Part shown: piece after piece, positions 29,274 to 38,044 of the stretch | Layout of the letters: each line of letters starts with the position of its first letter | How positions within the stretch are numbered: position 1 is the first letter of the stretch | Origin: Actinomycetota bacterium | GTDB taxonomy: Bacteria > Actinomycetota > Geothermincolia > Geothermincolales > RBG-13-55-18 | Assembly (NCBI GenBank): GCA_014360655.1 | Contig: JACIXC010000001.1 | Span: 17,173-81,172 of the forward strand | DNA: 64,000 bases | Reading direction: 5' to 3' | Notes under the pieces: generated by a model | Seen by the model: the letters and a program-made list of their open reading frames with translations, nothing else | Databases searched by the model: none | Told to the model about the DNA's origin: nothing | Program-made: the position numbers and the translations under genes

Positions 29274-29933
29274 TCAACAGTAGATGGAACGGAAGGTGGG
29301 AAAGAGCCGGTGGATAAGCCTGTTGGAAAGGGTCGCGTCGTTGAACTCGTCCCAGCGGCGCGGCAGGTCGCGGTAGGGGCTCTTCTCCGTCACCGAGGCG
29401 AGGAAGCCCAGGGCGATGCCGCACCCGTGCGGGACCAGCCCCGTGCGCACCGCGGCCGCCCCCACCGACATCTTCACGGCATGATCGATGCCCAACTGCC
29501 GGGCCAGCGAAACCGCCCCGTTGAGCGCATAGGCCATGTTCATGGAGCGCAGCAGGCAGAAGGGCCCGCGAAAGGCCACCGAGGGCTCATCCGGGAGACG
29601 TTCCGCATCCCGCCAGTTGTCGCACAGGATGTTGCCGCACAGGTTGCAGTTGGAATCCATTGGATCGTGCCCGGCGCGCCTGTCGGCCATGATGAGGACG
29701 ACATCGGAGTCGCGCACCTGGACGGCATCGGAGCGGAAGAAATCCCAGCGGGGGTTGTCCGCCGCCATGCGCTCGACGGCGATCGCCAGGTCCTCGATGG
29801 CGTCCCGGTCGTCGAGGGCCACCACGCAGATCTCGTCTATGCCCCCCACGCGGGGGGAGGTGACGGCGGAAGCGAGGAGGAGCTTGCAGGCTTCCCTGGC
29901 GCTTTCCGCCCGCCTTTCCTCGTATTCCCTCAT
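29274..29933 (-). CDS. Cys-rich protein, paralog of 28619-29269 (DUF2148-like, tentative)
   Basis: 219 aa from ATG 29933 (SD GGAAAGGA 5 nt upstream). NCNLCGNILC and GPFCLL motifs in positions equivalent to the neighbour. Confidence 0.45.
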   Translation of the reverse strand: MREYEERRAESAREACKLLLASAVTSPRVGGIDEICVVALDDRDAIEDLAIAVERMAADNPRWDFFRSDAVQVRDSDVVLIMADRRAGHDPMDSNCNLCGNILCDNWRDAERLPDEPSVAFRGPFCLLRSMNMAYALNGAVSLARQLGIDHAVKMSVGAAAVRTGLVPHGCGIALGFLASVTEKSPYRDLPRRWDEFNDATLSNRLIHRLFPTFRSIYC

Positions 29934-30051
29934 TATCCTTTCCACGGAACATCCCTCCCTTGCAAGAATGCGCCTATACGAGCGGGAAAAACACGTCACG
30001 GAAAAAAGCGGCCCGGCCGTGACCGCGAGCGGCGGCGGCCGCGTGCGCCCG

Positions 30052-30453
30052 TCAGGTGGGCAGCCCCTTTTCCTCGCAGATCTTGGGATAGGCCTCGTAG
30101 GCTGGCTTGAGCAAGGGGAGCATGCCGAGGATCTTGCTCATGGGACCCTTGGCCTTCACCTTGCGCTTGGCCAAGGCCACGGGCAGCTTGAGCTTCTGCA
30201 GCCAGAAGTTGTGGCAGTCATCTCCGGCAAGCCACATGACCACGTCCGGCTCCGCCTCCGTCTCCCCCAGGGAGAGGGATGGCTTCTCGTCGCCGTGCAG
30301 CAGCCAGATCTCCCCGTCCGGATCGTTGATCACGAACTGCACGTTGATGTTCTCCTCGTTGAATTTCCTCGACACCGTCTCGTCCTCGAGCAGCTTGGTG
30401 AAAAGCTCGCCCAGGACCTCGTACATGTGAGCGGTATCCTTGAAGACAGCCAT
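30052..30453 (-). CDS. SCP2 sterol-carrier-like lipid-binding protein
   Basis: 133 aa from ATG 30453 (MAVFKDTAHMYEVLGELFTKL...). SCP2 fold sequence pattern. The maximal ORF N-terminus was discarded. Confidence 0.7.
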   Translation of the reverse strand: MAVFKDTAHMYEVLGELFTKLLEDETVSRKFNEENINVQFVINDPDGEIWLLHGDEKPSLSLGETEAEPDVVMWLAGDDCHNFWLQKLKLPVALAKRKVKAKGPMSKILGMLPLLKPAYEAYPKICEEKGLPT

Positions 30454-30629
30454 CGCGCACACCCCTTTCCCTCTCCTGCTAAACCGGTTGCCGGACATGC
30501 CGATACATACCAGAGTATGATACCATGGTATGTGATTGTCAAGGTCGCGCCGGAAAGCCCGGAGCGGCACAGGGAACAAAGGCGGCTGCCGTGCCGAAGG
30601 AGCCGCAAGCGTGACCGACGAGGTGCATC

Positions 30630-31301
30630 GTGCCCGAAAAGGCTCGCCTTTCGCGGAGGGAAAGAGGCTTGGCGACGAAGAAGGAGCTCTTCGAAGCCGC
30701 CATCTCGCTCTTCGCCAGGAAGGGCTACGACAAGGTCACCGTGGACGAGATCTGCGAGAAGGTGGGGGTGACCAAGGGCGCCTTCTACCACCACTACCGC
30801 TCCAAGGACCAGATCATCCTGGAGGAGTTCAAGCAGATGGACGAGCACTACGCGCGCGTGGCCGAGGAGATCTCCTCCCTCCCCGGCACCGTGGAAAAGC
30901 TCCGGGCCTTCAACCGCGCGGCCATCACCCTCATGGCGGAGCTGGGGGTGACCCTGATGAAGGTCCTCTACCACTCCCAGATCGCCCCCCACATGAGGAA
31001 ACCCTACCTCGCCGACGGCCGCCGCTCTCTCTACCGCATCACCGGCGAGCTCATCAGGGAGGGGCAGGAAAGGGGCGAGATCCGCGACGACCTGCCGAGC
31101 GAGGAACTGGCGGCGATGCTCATCGACTGTTTCCGCGGGCAGATCTACCACTGGTGCCTTTGCAACGGCGCCTTCGATCTCGTGGGCACCTGCGAGAGGC
31201 TCATGGACCTTCTCGTCGACAGCCTGAAGCCCCCGCAAAGCGCGCGCCAGCGCGGCGATTCCGGCAAGCTCCCCGGGCGGCGCCCTTCCCGACCCGCGTG
31301 A
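30630..31301 (+). CDS. TetR/AcrR-family transcriptional regulator
   Basis: 223 aa. N-terminal HTH RKGYDKVTVDEICEKVGVTKGAFYHHYRSKDQI. Confidence 0.85.
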   Translation: MPEKARLSRRERGLATKKELFEAAISLFARKGYDKVTVDEICEKVGVTKGAFYHHYRSKDQIILEEFKQMDEHYARVAEEISSLPGTVEKLRAFNRAAITLMAELGVTLMKVLYHSQIAPHMRKPYLADGRRSLYRITGELIREGQERGEIRDDLPSEELAAMLIDCFRGQIYHWCLCNGAFDLVGTCERLMDLLVDSLKPPQSARQRGDSGKLPGRRPSRPA

Positions 31302-31457
31302 CGGGCCGGTGCTCCTCCCCTTCGACAGGTCGTGACCGTAGGAGCTCCTCCCGCGTCTCCCGCGCATGCCGCCAGGGGTGGCAGGGGCCGGCCTCCCGCC
31401 TTGGGAACCCGCCTCCCGCTGGGAGGCTCTCGCCGGAGGTGCGGCGCGCTTTCCCCC

Positions 31458-33197
31458 TCAGGCGTAATCCTCCAGGCGGTAGACGTTTTCCGCGTCGGGA
31501 CGGAAAGCCTCGCGCAGGAGGCGGTCCAGGTGCTTCTCCGAGGGGCTCTTGGGAATATCTTCCACAACCTGCAGGTAACTGGGCACGGAGTTACGCTCCA
31601 GGCCGGCCAGGGCCGCCTTGAAGACGGAATCCGGGTCTATACTGCGGCCTTCGAAGGGGACCACCGCCGCCACCAGGTCACTCTCGCCCGGTGCGCCAGA
31701 GGCCGCCGGGATGCCGTAGACGCACACCTCTGAGACGTCGGGGTGTTCCCCGATGACCTTCTCCACCAGGTCGGGCTTGATGAAGTCGCCGGCCCGCCGC
31801 AGCGCTCCTCCCTTGCGGTAGTCGAAGAAGAACCACCCCTCCTCGTCACGGTGCACCATGTCCCCGGAGCGCAGCCAGCCGCCCCGCATCTTCTCCGCCG
31901 AGGCCTCCGGTTTCTTGTAGTAATCCACCTTGCTCTGCGTGAGCATGCGGCAGATGAGCTCGCCGGTCACGCCGGGAGGCACTTCGTTGTCCTCCTCGTC
32001 CACCACTTTCATCTCCACCAGCCCGGGAAGGGGCTTTCCGAAGGACCCTATTGGGCCCTTGCCGATGGGCCGGTAGGCGAAACCGCCCTCGATGGCCGCG
32101 TACCACTCGAGGATCTGGACGCCGAAGCGCCGCTCGAAATCCTCCCATATGGCCCGCGGGGTTCCCGCCGATACCACCATGCGTACCGGGTTGTCGGCGT
32201 CGTCCGGGCGCGGCGGCTCGTTGTAGATCCCGGACATCATGCCCCCCAGGAGGGAGAAGGTGGTGCATCCGTAGCGGCGGCACACATCCCATATGCGGCT
32301 CTTGGTGAAGCGCTGGCCTATCACCGCCGGGATGCCCATGGCCAGCGACGGGAAGAGGGTGACCGCCTGGGCGTTCCCGTGCGCCAGGGAAAGCCCGGTG
32401 TAGGGGATGTCGTCCTCCCGGTAGCCCCAGACTATGTACCCGAGCAGGCAGTACATGGCGTTGCGGCGCGAGTCCAGTGTGACCCCCTTGGGGTTGCCCG
32501 TCACCCCGGAGGTGTAGATGATCTGCACCGGGGCGGAGGGGTCACCGGCCGCCCCCTCCGGCTCCCGCGGCGGGTTCCCCTCCAGCATCTCGTTGAGCGT
32601 GGGGTAACGCGAGGCGAGGGAGGGGTCGGCATCCGGCTTCAGGTTCAGGTAGATCTTCGGCGAGGCCGAGACGCTCCTCGCCGCCGCCTCCACCTCCGGC
32701 AGGAGGTCAGCGGTGGTGACCACGGCCCTGGCGTCGGAGTCCGCCAGCTGGTAGGCGAGCTTCTCTCCCCTGGCGCGGGGGTCGATGGGCACCAGCACCG
32801 TGCCCAGCAGGCTGCAGGCGGCCAGCGCGTAGACGAACTCGGGGTGGTTGCGCATGACCAGGGCCAGTTTGTCCCCCTTCTCGAACCCCTCGCGCCGCAG
32901 CCCCTCCGCCAGACGCAGGGACCGGGAGTAGAGCTGCGCGTAGGTCAGCCTCTCGTCCTCGTAGAGACCTCCGTTCTCGAAGATGAGCCCGGTGCGGTTG
33001 GGGCTCTCCTCGGCGCGTTGCGCGAGGAGCCCGGAAAGCAGCCCCCTGTGCCGGGGCAGCCTGGTTTCCGCCACCCCGCGCACGGCGCGGGAGACCAGGT
33101 CGACGTGGGCCAGGAACTTGAGCGCCATGTATAGCCTGGGATTTTTTTCCTCCAGCTTTTTCAGGGCCGGCTTATCGAAGATCTTATCCAGATCCAT
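31458..33197 (-). CDS. AMP-dependent acyl-CoA synthetase (paralog B)
   Basis: 579 aa. YTSGVTGNPKGVT motif. Shares long identical peptide runs with paralog A (IYNEPPRPDDADNPV, KVIGEHPDVSEVCVYGIPA.SGAPGESDLVAAV). Confidence 0.85.
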   Translation of the reverse strand: MDLDKIFDKPALKKLEEKNPRLYMALKFLAHVDLVSRAVRGVAETRLPRHRGLLSGLLAQRAEESPNRTGLIFENGGLYEDERLTYAQLYSRSLRLAEGLRREGFEKGDKLALVMRNHPEFVYALAACSLLGTVLVPIDPRARGEKLAYQLADSDARAVVTTADLLPEVEAAARSVSASPKIYLNLKPDADPSLASRYPTLNEMLEGNPPREPEGAAGDPSAPVQIIYTSGVTGNPKGVTLDSRRNAMYCLLGYIVWGYREDDIPYTGLSLAHGNAQAVTLFPSLAMGIPAVIGQRFTKSRIWDVCRRYGCTTFSLLGGMMSGIYNEPPRPDDADNPVRMVVSAGTPRAIWEDFERRFGVQILEWYAAIEGGFAYRPIGKGPIGSFGKPLPGLVEMKVVDEEDNEVPPGVTGELICRMLTQSKVDYYKKPEASAEKMRGGWLRSGDMVHRDEEGWFFFDYRKGGALRRAGDFIKPDLVEKVIGEHPDVSEVCVYGIPAASGAPGESDLVAAVVPFEGRSIDPDSVFKAALAGLERNSVPSYLQVVEDIPKSPSEKHLDRLLREAFRPDAENVYRLEDYA

Positions 33198-33242
33198 GCC
33201 GCACCTACCTCCTTTCCGAAACTCCCCGCGTCCCGGGTGGTG

Positions 33243-34238
33243 TCAGGGCATCTCCTGCCAGGTCTTTCCCCCCTTGCGCCAGATGATGCGGGGCAGCTCG
33301 CGCTTGACCATGGTGTCGGCGTTCACCCGCGGGTAGCCCATGACCAGGGCCGTCACCGGGACGTAGGGCCACTTTATCCCCAGGTACCGCTTCACCCAGG
33401 GGAGCATCTTGGCTCCCACGGCCGCGAAGCTTAGGTAACAGGTGACCAGGCCCAGGGAGTGCGCGGCCAGTACCATGTTCTGGCCGCAGATCCCGATATC
33501 GACGTACATGTTGTTGATGCCCCGCTTGTCCCCCAGCAGATACACCAGGCAGGGAGCCCCCAGGAAGACGTCACGGGGCTTGAGGATGGCCTTCCCCCCC
33601 GTCATGGCCCTCTGGTCCATCAGGGGCGGGACGACGGCCGAGGAAAGGGCGAGGGCCCCCCTCAGGAGGACGTTGCGCTTCCCGGCGAAGTAGAAGGCGG
33701 TCAGGAAGCGGTAAAAGGGGTCCATCATGTCCGCGATCCTGTCCATCTCCTCGCGGTCGTTGACGATGATGAAGCTCCAGGGCTGGCAGTTGCCGTGGGA
33801 GGGCGCGAAGCGCCCCGCCTCCACAACGCGTCGCACTAACTCGTCGGGCACCGGTTTGCTGGAGAATATGCGGTTGCTGCGGCGCTTGTAGATGACCTCC
33901 TCCACAGGGGTCAGCCCCTGGATGCCCTCCACCTCCGGCACGCGGGGATAGCCGTCGTCGGGATGGAGGTGCAGAGTCCGGAAGAGGCCCTCCTCCACGT
34001 TGTAGAAGCCGCGCATGGAAACGGCGTCCTTCTCGCAGTGGGACACGCATGCCGAGCAGGACATGCAGACGACTCCCTCGATCATCCTCGCCTTTCCGCC
34101 CACCACCTCCAGGCAGGCGCACGGGCAGGCCTGCACGCAGTTTCCGCATCCCGTGCACCTCTCCTCGTCCACGACAATGGTGGAGTTGGACCAGGCTTCC
34201 GGATGGGCCGGCAGGTAAGTCTTGCTGAATTTTCCCAT
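33243..34238 (-). CDS. 4Fe-4S ferredoxin-nitroreductase fusion protein
   Basis: 331 aa. N-terminal CTGCGNCVQACP / CMSCSACVSHC ferredoxin motifs. C-terminal nitroreductase-family fold (RRSNRIFS..., HGNCQPWSFIIV). Confidence 0.75.
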   Translation of the reverse strand: MGKFSKTYLPAHPEAWSNSTIVVDEERCTGCGNCVQACPCACLEVVGGKARMIEGVVCMSCSACVSHCEKDAVSMRGFYNVEEGLFRTLHLHPDDGYPRVPEVEGIQGLTPVEEVIYKRRSNRIFSSKPVPDELVRRVVEAGRFAPSHGNCQPWSFIIVNDREEMDRIADMMDPFYRFLTAFYFAGKRNVLLRGALALSSAVVPPLMDQRAMTGGKAILKPRDVFLGAPCLVYLLGDKRGINNMYVDIGICGQNMVLAAHSLGLVTCYLSFAAVGAKMLPWVKRYLGIKWPYVPVTALVMGYPRVNADTMVKRELPRIIWRKGGKTWQEMP

Positions 34239-34283
34239 GAGAACCCCTACCTCCTTCTTCCATCTCGCCGTCGCACCCCGCGC

Positions 34284-35306
34284 TCAGCTTTCGACCCTCT
34301 CTTGCTTTTTCTCCACGTCGCCTTCCCCGCGCACCTCGACGGTCATCAGTATCTCCCCGCATGCCCCCAGGGGAAGGCCCGCGCCGTAACAGTTCATGGG
34401 AAGGTCGAAGAGCGCGCCGCGGAAATCCTCCTCGCCGTCGACCGCGGCGGCCATGCGGTCGAGGACCAGCATCACCCGCCACCAGATCTTGGCAAGGGCC
34501 ATGATGCAGGCGCCCTCCCCCTTGCCGCTCGCTAGGACCCTTCCCAGGGCATCCAGGTGGAATTCGTCGCCCTCCCCGTGGCCGGCCGGGCAGGCGTGCG
34601 CGGAGACCACCTTGACCACGATGCGGCGGTCCTTGTACTTTTCCGCGGCAAGCAGGCGCCGCACGCGCTTCGGTGATGCCAGGAAGGCCGCGAGCTCCTC
34701 CTCCCCGAGGGGCAATCCCCTCATGAACGCGTCCGGCTCGGGTCCCCCGGAAAGCGGCGCCTCCCTCACCGCCCGGCACTCCCCCCGCGCCCTGCGGTTC
34801 CTAACGAGAAGGTAGGGGGCCATGGTGAGCAGGAAGTACAGGATCTCCGGCAGGGGCATCTTCTCCCGCCGTATCCTGAAGAGGTTGTTCCCCAGGCCTC
34901 CCATCTCCAGGCCGGTATCCGTGCAGGTCACGTGGTCGAAGAGCATGCCGTTGGGGTCCTTCCCCCGCAGCATGTAGTCGTAGTAGGCGTAGATGACCGG
35001 GGAGAGCTGGGAAAGTCCGTGTATGCAGATGCCGGGCGGGCACCTGTGCCTGATGAGCATGCCCATGGGGTTGAAATAGAGCGGCCGCCCCTCGTTGTGG
35101 CATCCCGAGCAGTGGTTGGAGCACACCGGCTCCGCCACCAGCCAGTAGGTCATGGCCTCAACGTTCAGCGCCTCCAGCAGCCCCAGCCGCGACGCCTGTG
35201 CGAATTCCTCCTCCGTGTAGCCCCAGCGGTTCATGATGACCCTCTTGAGGACGGGCCTGGAGGCCCAGTTGAGAAAACCCCACACGCCTCGCATCGGCTT
35301 GTCCAT
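34284..35306 (-). CDS. Hypothetical Cys/His-rich protein (two putative metal-binding clusters)
   Basis: 341 aa from ATG 35306. CSNHCSGCH ... HRCPPGICIHG cluster and C-terminal HACPAGHGEGDEFH ... NCYGAGLPLGACGE cluster. The upstream 250 codons of the maximal ORF overlap the thiolase gene and are rejected. Confidence 0.5.
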   Translation of the reverse strand: MDKPMRGVWGFLNWASRPVLKRVIMNRWGYTEEEFAQASRLGLLEALNVEAMTYWLVAEPVCSNHCSGCHNEGRPLYFNPMGMLIRHRCPPGICIHGLSQLSPVIYAYYDYMLRGKDPNGMLFDHVTCTDTGLEMGGLGNNLFRIRREKMPLPEILYFLLTMAPYLLVRNRRARGECRAVREAPLSGGPEPDAFMRGLPLGEEELAAFLASPKRVRRLLAAEKYKDRRIVVKVVSAHACPAGHGEGDEFHLDALGRVLASGKGEGACIMALAKIWWRVMLVLDRMAAAVDGEEDFRGALFDLPMNCYGAGLPLGACGEILMTVEVRGEGDVEKKQERVES

Positions 35307-35524
35307 CCCATCACCCCCATCCTTGACCGCCCGCATCGGCGATGCGCGCACGCACCCGATAATCCGGCCCGTAACAAGCAATCCATGCCCCGCAAGCCCA
35401 CCCCGGGGCATCCCCCGCCCGTGCCCATGTGCTCGCTCAGCCCAGCCCGGAGAGACCCTCGCCTCGCCCAAGCCGGAAGCACGCGGCCCGCGCGCGGGCC
35501 GGGGAGCGGTCCCCCCGCAGCCCC

Positions 35525-36787
35525 TCAGGTCGCGACCTTTTCCAGTATATGGATGCACATGGCCGCTTCCCCGGTGCCGATGAAGCCGCCCCCGTTCTCG
35601 GAAAGGGCGATGCGAGCGCCCTCCACCTGGCGCCTTCCCGCCTCGCCGCGCAGCTGGGTCACCAGCTCGTGGATCTGGGCGATGCCGGATGCCCCTATGG
35701 GGTGTCCCCTGCACTCGAGGCCGCCGCTCGTGTTCACCGGAAGCTTTCCCCCCAGCCTGGTGGCGCCGGACTCCGCGAAGGGCCCTCCTTCCCCTTCCCC
35801 GCAGAAACCGAGCTCCTCCGTCTGCAGCAGTTCCCCGAAGGCGGTGGCGTCGTGCACCTCGGCCACGTCGACGTCCCCGGGGCCTACCCCGGCCACCTCG
35901 TAGGCCTTGGCGCTCAGCCTCTTCCCTATGAGGTCCATCTCCCCTCCCTCCGGCAGGGTCCCCGAGGTGAGCACGGAGGCCAGTATCTTCACCGGCCGGG
36001 CGCCGGGATAACGACGCAGTGCCCGCCCGGAGCAGAGAAGGGCGGCGGAGGCCCCGTCCCCCATGGGAGCGCACATGGCCCGCGTGAGCGGGTAGGCCAC
36101 CGGCCTGTCCGCGAGCACCTCTTCCACGCTCATGTCCACCTGGTACTGTGCCAGGGGGTTCAGCGAGGCATGGTAATGGTTCTTGGCGGCGATCACCGCG
36201 AGCTGGCGTTGTGTTGTGCCATATTTTTCCATATGCATGCGGGCGGCCATGGCGTAGATGTCCATGAAGGGCGAGCGCCCTCCCCCGCCTCCCCCGGACT
36301 TGGCCTCCCCCTTGGCCGACGCCTCCTCAGCCTTCCTGCGCTCGTCCGCCTGGAAGGCCTCGATGATGGCCCGTATGAATTCCACGTCCGCGTTGGACAT
36401 GAACATCTCGAACATGGCCTGCTTGTTCTCCGGGTTGTACATCTTCTCCACCCCCAGGGCCAGGGCCACGTCGTACTGGCCGGCCTTTATGCCCAGGTAA
36501 GCGCCGTGCAGGGCGCTGGTGGCCCCCGCGCAGGCGTTCTCCACGTTCATCACCGGTATCCCCTGGATGCCCAGCGGGGTAAGGGCCACCTGTCCCCGGA
36601 TGCTGTGCTGCCCCGTCACGATCCCCCAGAAGGAATTGGAGAACCAGGCGGCCTCGATCTCCTCCCTGCGCACCGGACAATCCCGCAAAAGGGCCTCCAG
36701 GACCTCGGCGGTCATCTGCTTGATGCTCTTTTCGGGGTACTTCCCGAAGCGGATCATTCCCACGCCGATGATGTAAACCTCATCCAT
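35525..36787 (-). CDS. SCPx-type (nonspecific lipid-transfer protein) thiolase
   Basis: 420 aa from ATG 36787 (SD AAGGAGG). N-terminal active-site Cys region (NACAGA), C-terminal GHPIGASG thiolase signature. Confidence 0.85.
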   Translation of the reverse strand: MDEVYIIGVGMIRFGKYPEKSIKQMTAEVLEALLRDCPVRREEIEAAWFSNSFWGIVTGQHSIRGQVALTPLGIQGIPVMNVENACAGATSALHGAYLGIKAGQYDVALALGVEKMYNPENKQAMFEMFMSNADVEFIRAIIEAFQADERRKAEEASAKGEAKSGGGGGGRSPFMDIYAMAARMHMEKYGTTQRQLAVIAAKNHYHASLNPLAQYQVDMSVEEVLADRPVAYPLTRAMCAPMGDGASAALLCSGRALRRYPGARPVKILASVLTSGTLPEGGEMDLIGKRLSAKAYEVAGVGPGDVDVAEVHDATAFGELLQTEELGFCGEGEGGPFAESGATRLGGKLPVNTSGGLECRGHPIGASGIAQIHELVTQLRGEAGRRQVEGARIALSENGGGFIGTGEAAMCIHILEKVAT

Positions 36788-36990
36788 CCCTGCCTCCTTG
36801 CAAAACCACGACACTTACCACGTCACCACCGCACCGGGCATCGGGGGCGGACAAGATCATGTTAAGCGCAACGGGGCGCGCGTCTCAAGGGCAAGGGCCA
36901 AGGGCAAGGGCCTCCCGGACCTCGGCGGCATGCCGTTTCTCACCCGCGACGCGCCGCTCTCGCCGAGCCATTTGCGCCTTCCCCTTCCCG

Positions 36991-38043
36991 TCAACCTTCG
37001 GAGAGGGCGAGCATGCGCAACAGTACCTCCTGCGGGGTGCGGGGGTACACCTGGCAGTACTTGGCATCGCGCATCAGGCGCTCCATGCCGTAATCGCGCA
37101 TGTACCCGTAACCCCCGTGTACCTGCACCCCGTCGGTGGCGGCCTGGAAGGCCCCCTGCGTGGCGCGAAGCCAAGCGGTCATGGCGGGGATCATCTCCCG
37201 GCTCTCGCAGGCGCGACGCACCAGCGTCCTGCCCTCCTCCACCACGGCCACCATCCCCGCCAGGAGGAGGCGTATCCCCTGGTGCTGGATGATCGTCTTT
37301 CCCGCCTGGTACCTCTCGCAGGCATAGGCGTGGGCCTTGTCCAGCGCCTTGCGCGCGATGCCCACCCCGATGGAGGCCAGGCCCACGTGGAGCAGCCTCT
37401 CCACGGCTTCCACCATACCCGCGCCCGTGACGGCATTGGCCGGGGATACGCCCTCGAGGCGCAAGGCCCCCGGACGCGCGGGCCGCAGCCCCAGCGGATA
37501 GGCCTCCGGCGTCACCCGCAAGCCTTCCGCCTCCCTGCCCAGGGCGAGGGCCGTGTCGTGGCCCTCCCCCCGCACCAGAACGACTATGGCCCCTTCCGCG
37601 GCGGCGTTCAGGGCGAAGGGCACGCTTCCGTTCACCCTGTCTCCCGCCATGGAGACCTCCCCGGGAAAGGCCAGGCACGCGGGGAAGGATGCGCCGCCGA
37701 TCCCGGTGATGAGCCCCTGCAGCTCGCCCAGCGCCGTCGGGTAAAGGGCGGCGTTATGGGCAAGGAGCGAGGCCGCCAGGCCGGCGCACTCCACGGCGAT
37801 CTCCTCCAGCGCCACGCAGAAGGCGTACTCGTCAAGCCCCCCTCCCCCCGCGTCCTCGGGGAGCAGCGCCGCGAAAAGGCCCAGGTCCCCGGCGCGGAGA
37901 AAGGCCTCGCGCACCCGCGGGGAGCCGGGTTCGAGGTCCGCCTCTTCCGCCAGGGGTGCCAGTTCCTTTGCCGCGTAGGAGGCGGCGGTCTCGCGCAGGA
38001 TCCCGTACTCCTGCTTCTCTTCCATGCCGGCAAGCCTCACCAT
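36991..38043 (-). CDS. Acyl-CoA dehydrogenase-like subunit lacking the canonical catalytic Glu (putative non-catalytic partner)
   Basis: 350 aa. ACAD fold throughout, but the catalytic-base region reads RDAKYCQVYPRTPQEV instead of RDARI..IYEGT. Start codon is 1 nt after the stop of the upstream ACAD. Confidence 0.65.
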   Translation of the reverse strand: MVRLAGMEEKQEYGILRETAASYAAKELAPLAEEADLEPGSPRVREAFLRAGDLGLFAALLPEDAGGGGLDEYAFCVALEEIAVECAGLAASLLAHNAALYPTALGELQGLITGIGGASFPACLAFPGEVSMAGDRVNGSVPFALNAAAEGAIVVLVRGEGHDTALALGREAEGLRVTPEAYPLGLRPARPGALRLEGVSPANAVTGAGMVEAVERLLHVGLASIGVGIARKALDKAHAYACERYQAGKTIIQHQGIRLLLAGMVAVVEEGRTLVRRACESREMIPAMTAWLRATQGAFQAATDGVQVHGGYGYMRDYGMERLMRDAKYCQVYPRTPQEVLLRMLALSEG

Positions 38044-38044
38044 A

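Noticed and set aside
34284-36074. 596-aa maximal ORF for the Cys/His-rich protein
   Set aside because: Its first about 250 codons overlap the thiolase gene in another frame and are Arg/Gly-rich junk. An internal ATG at 35306 with SD is used instead.
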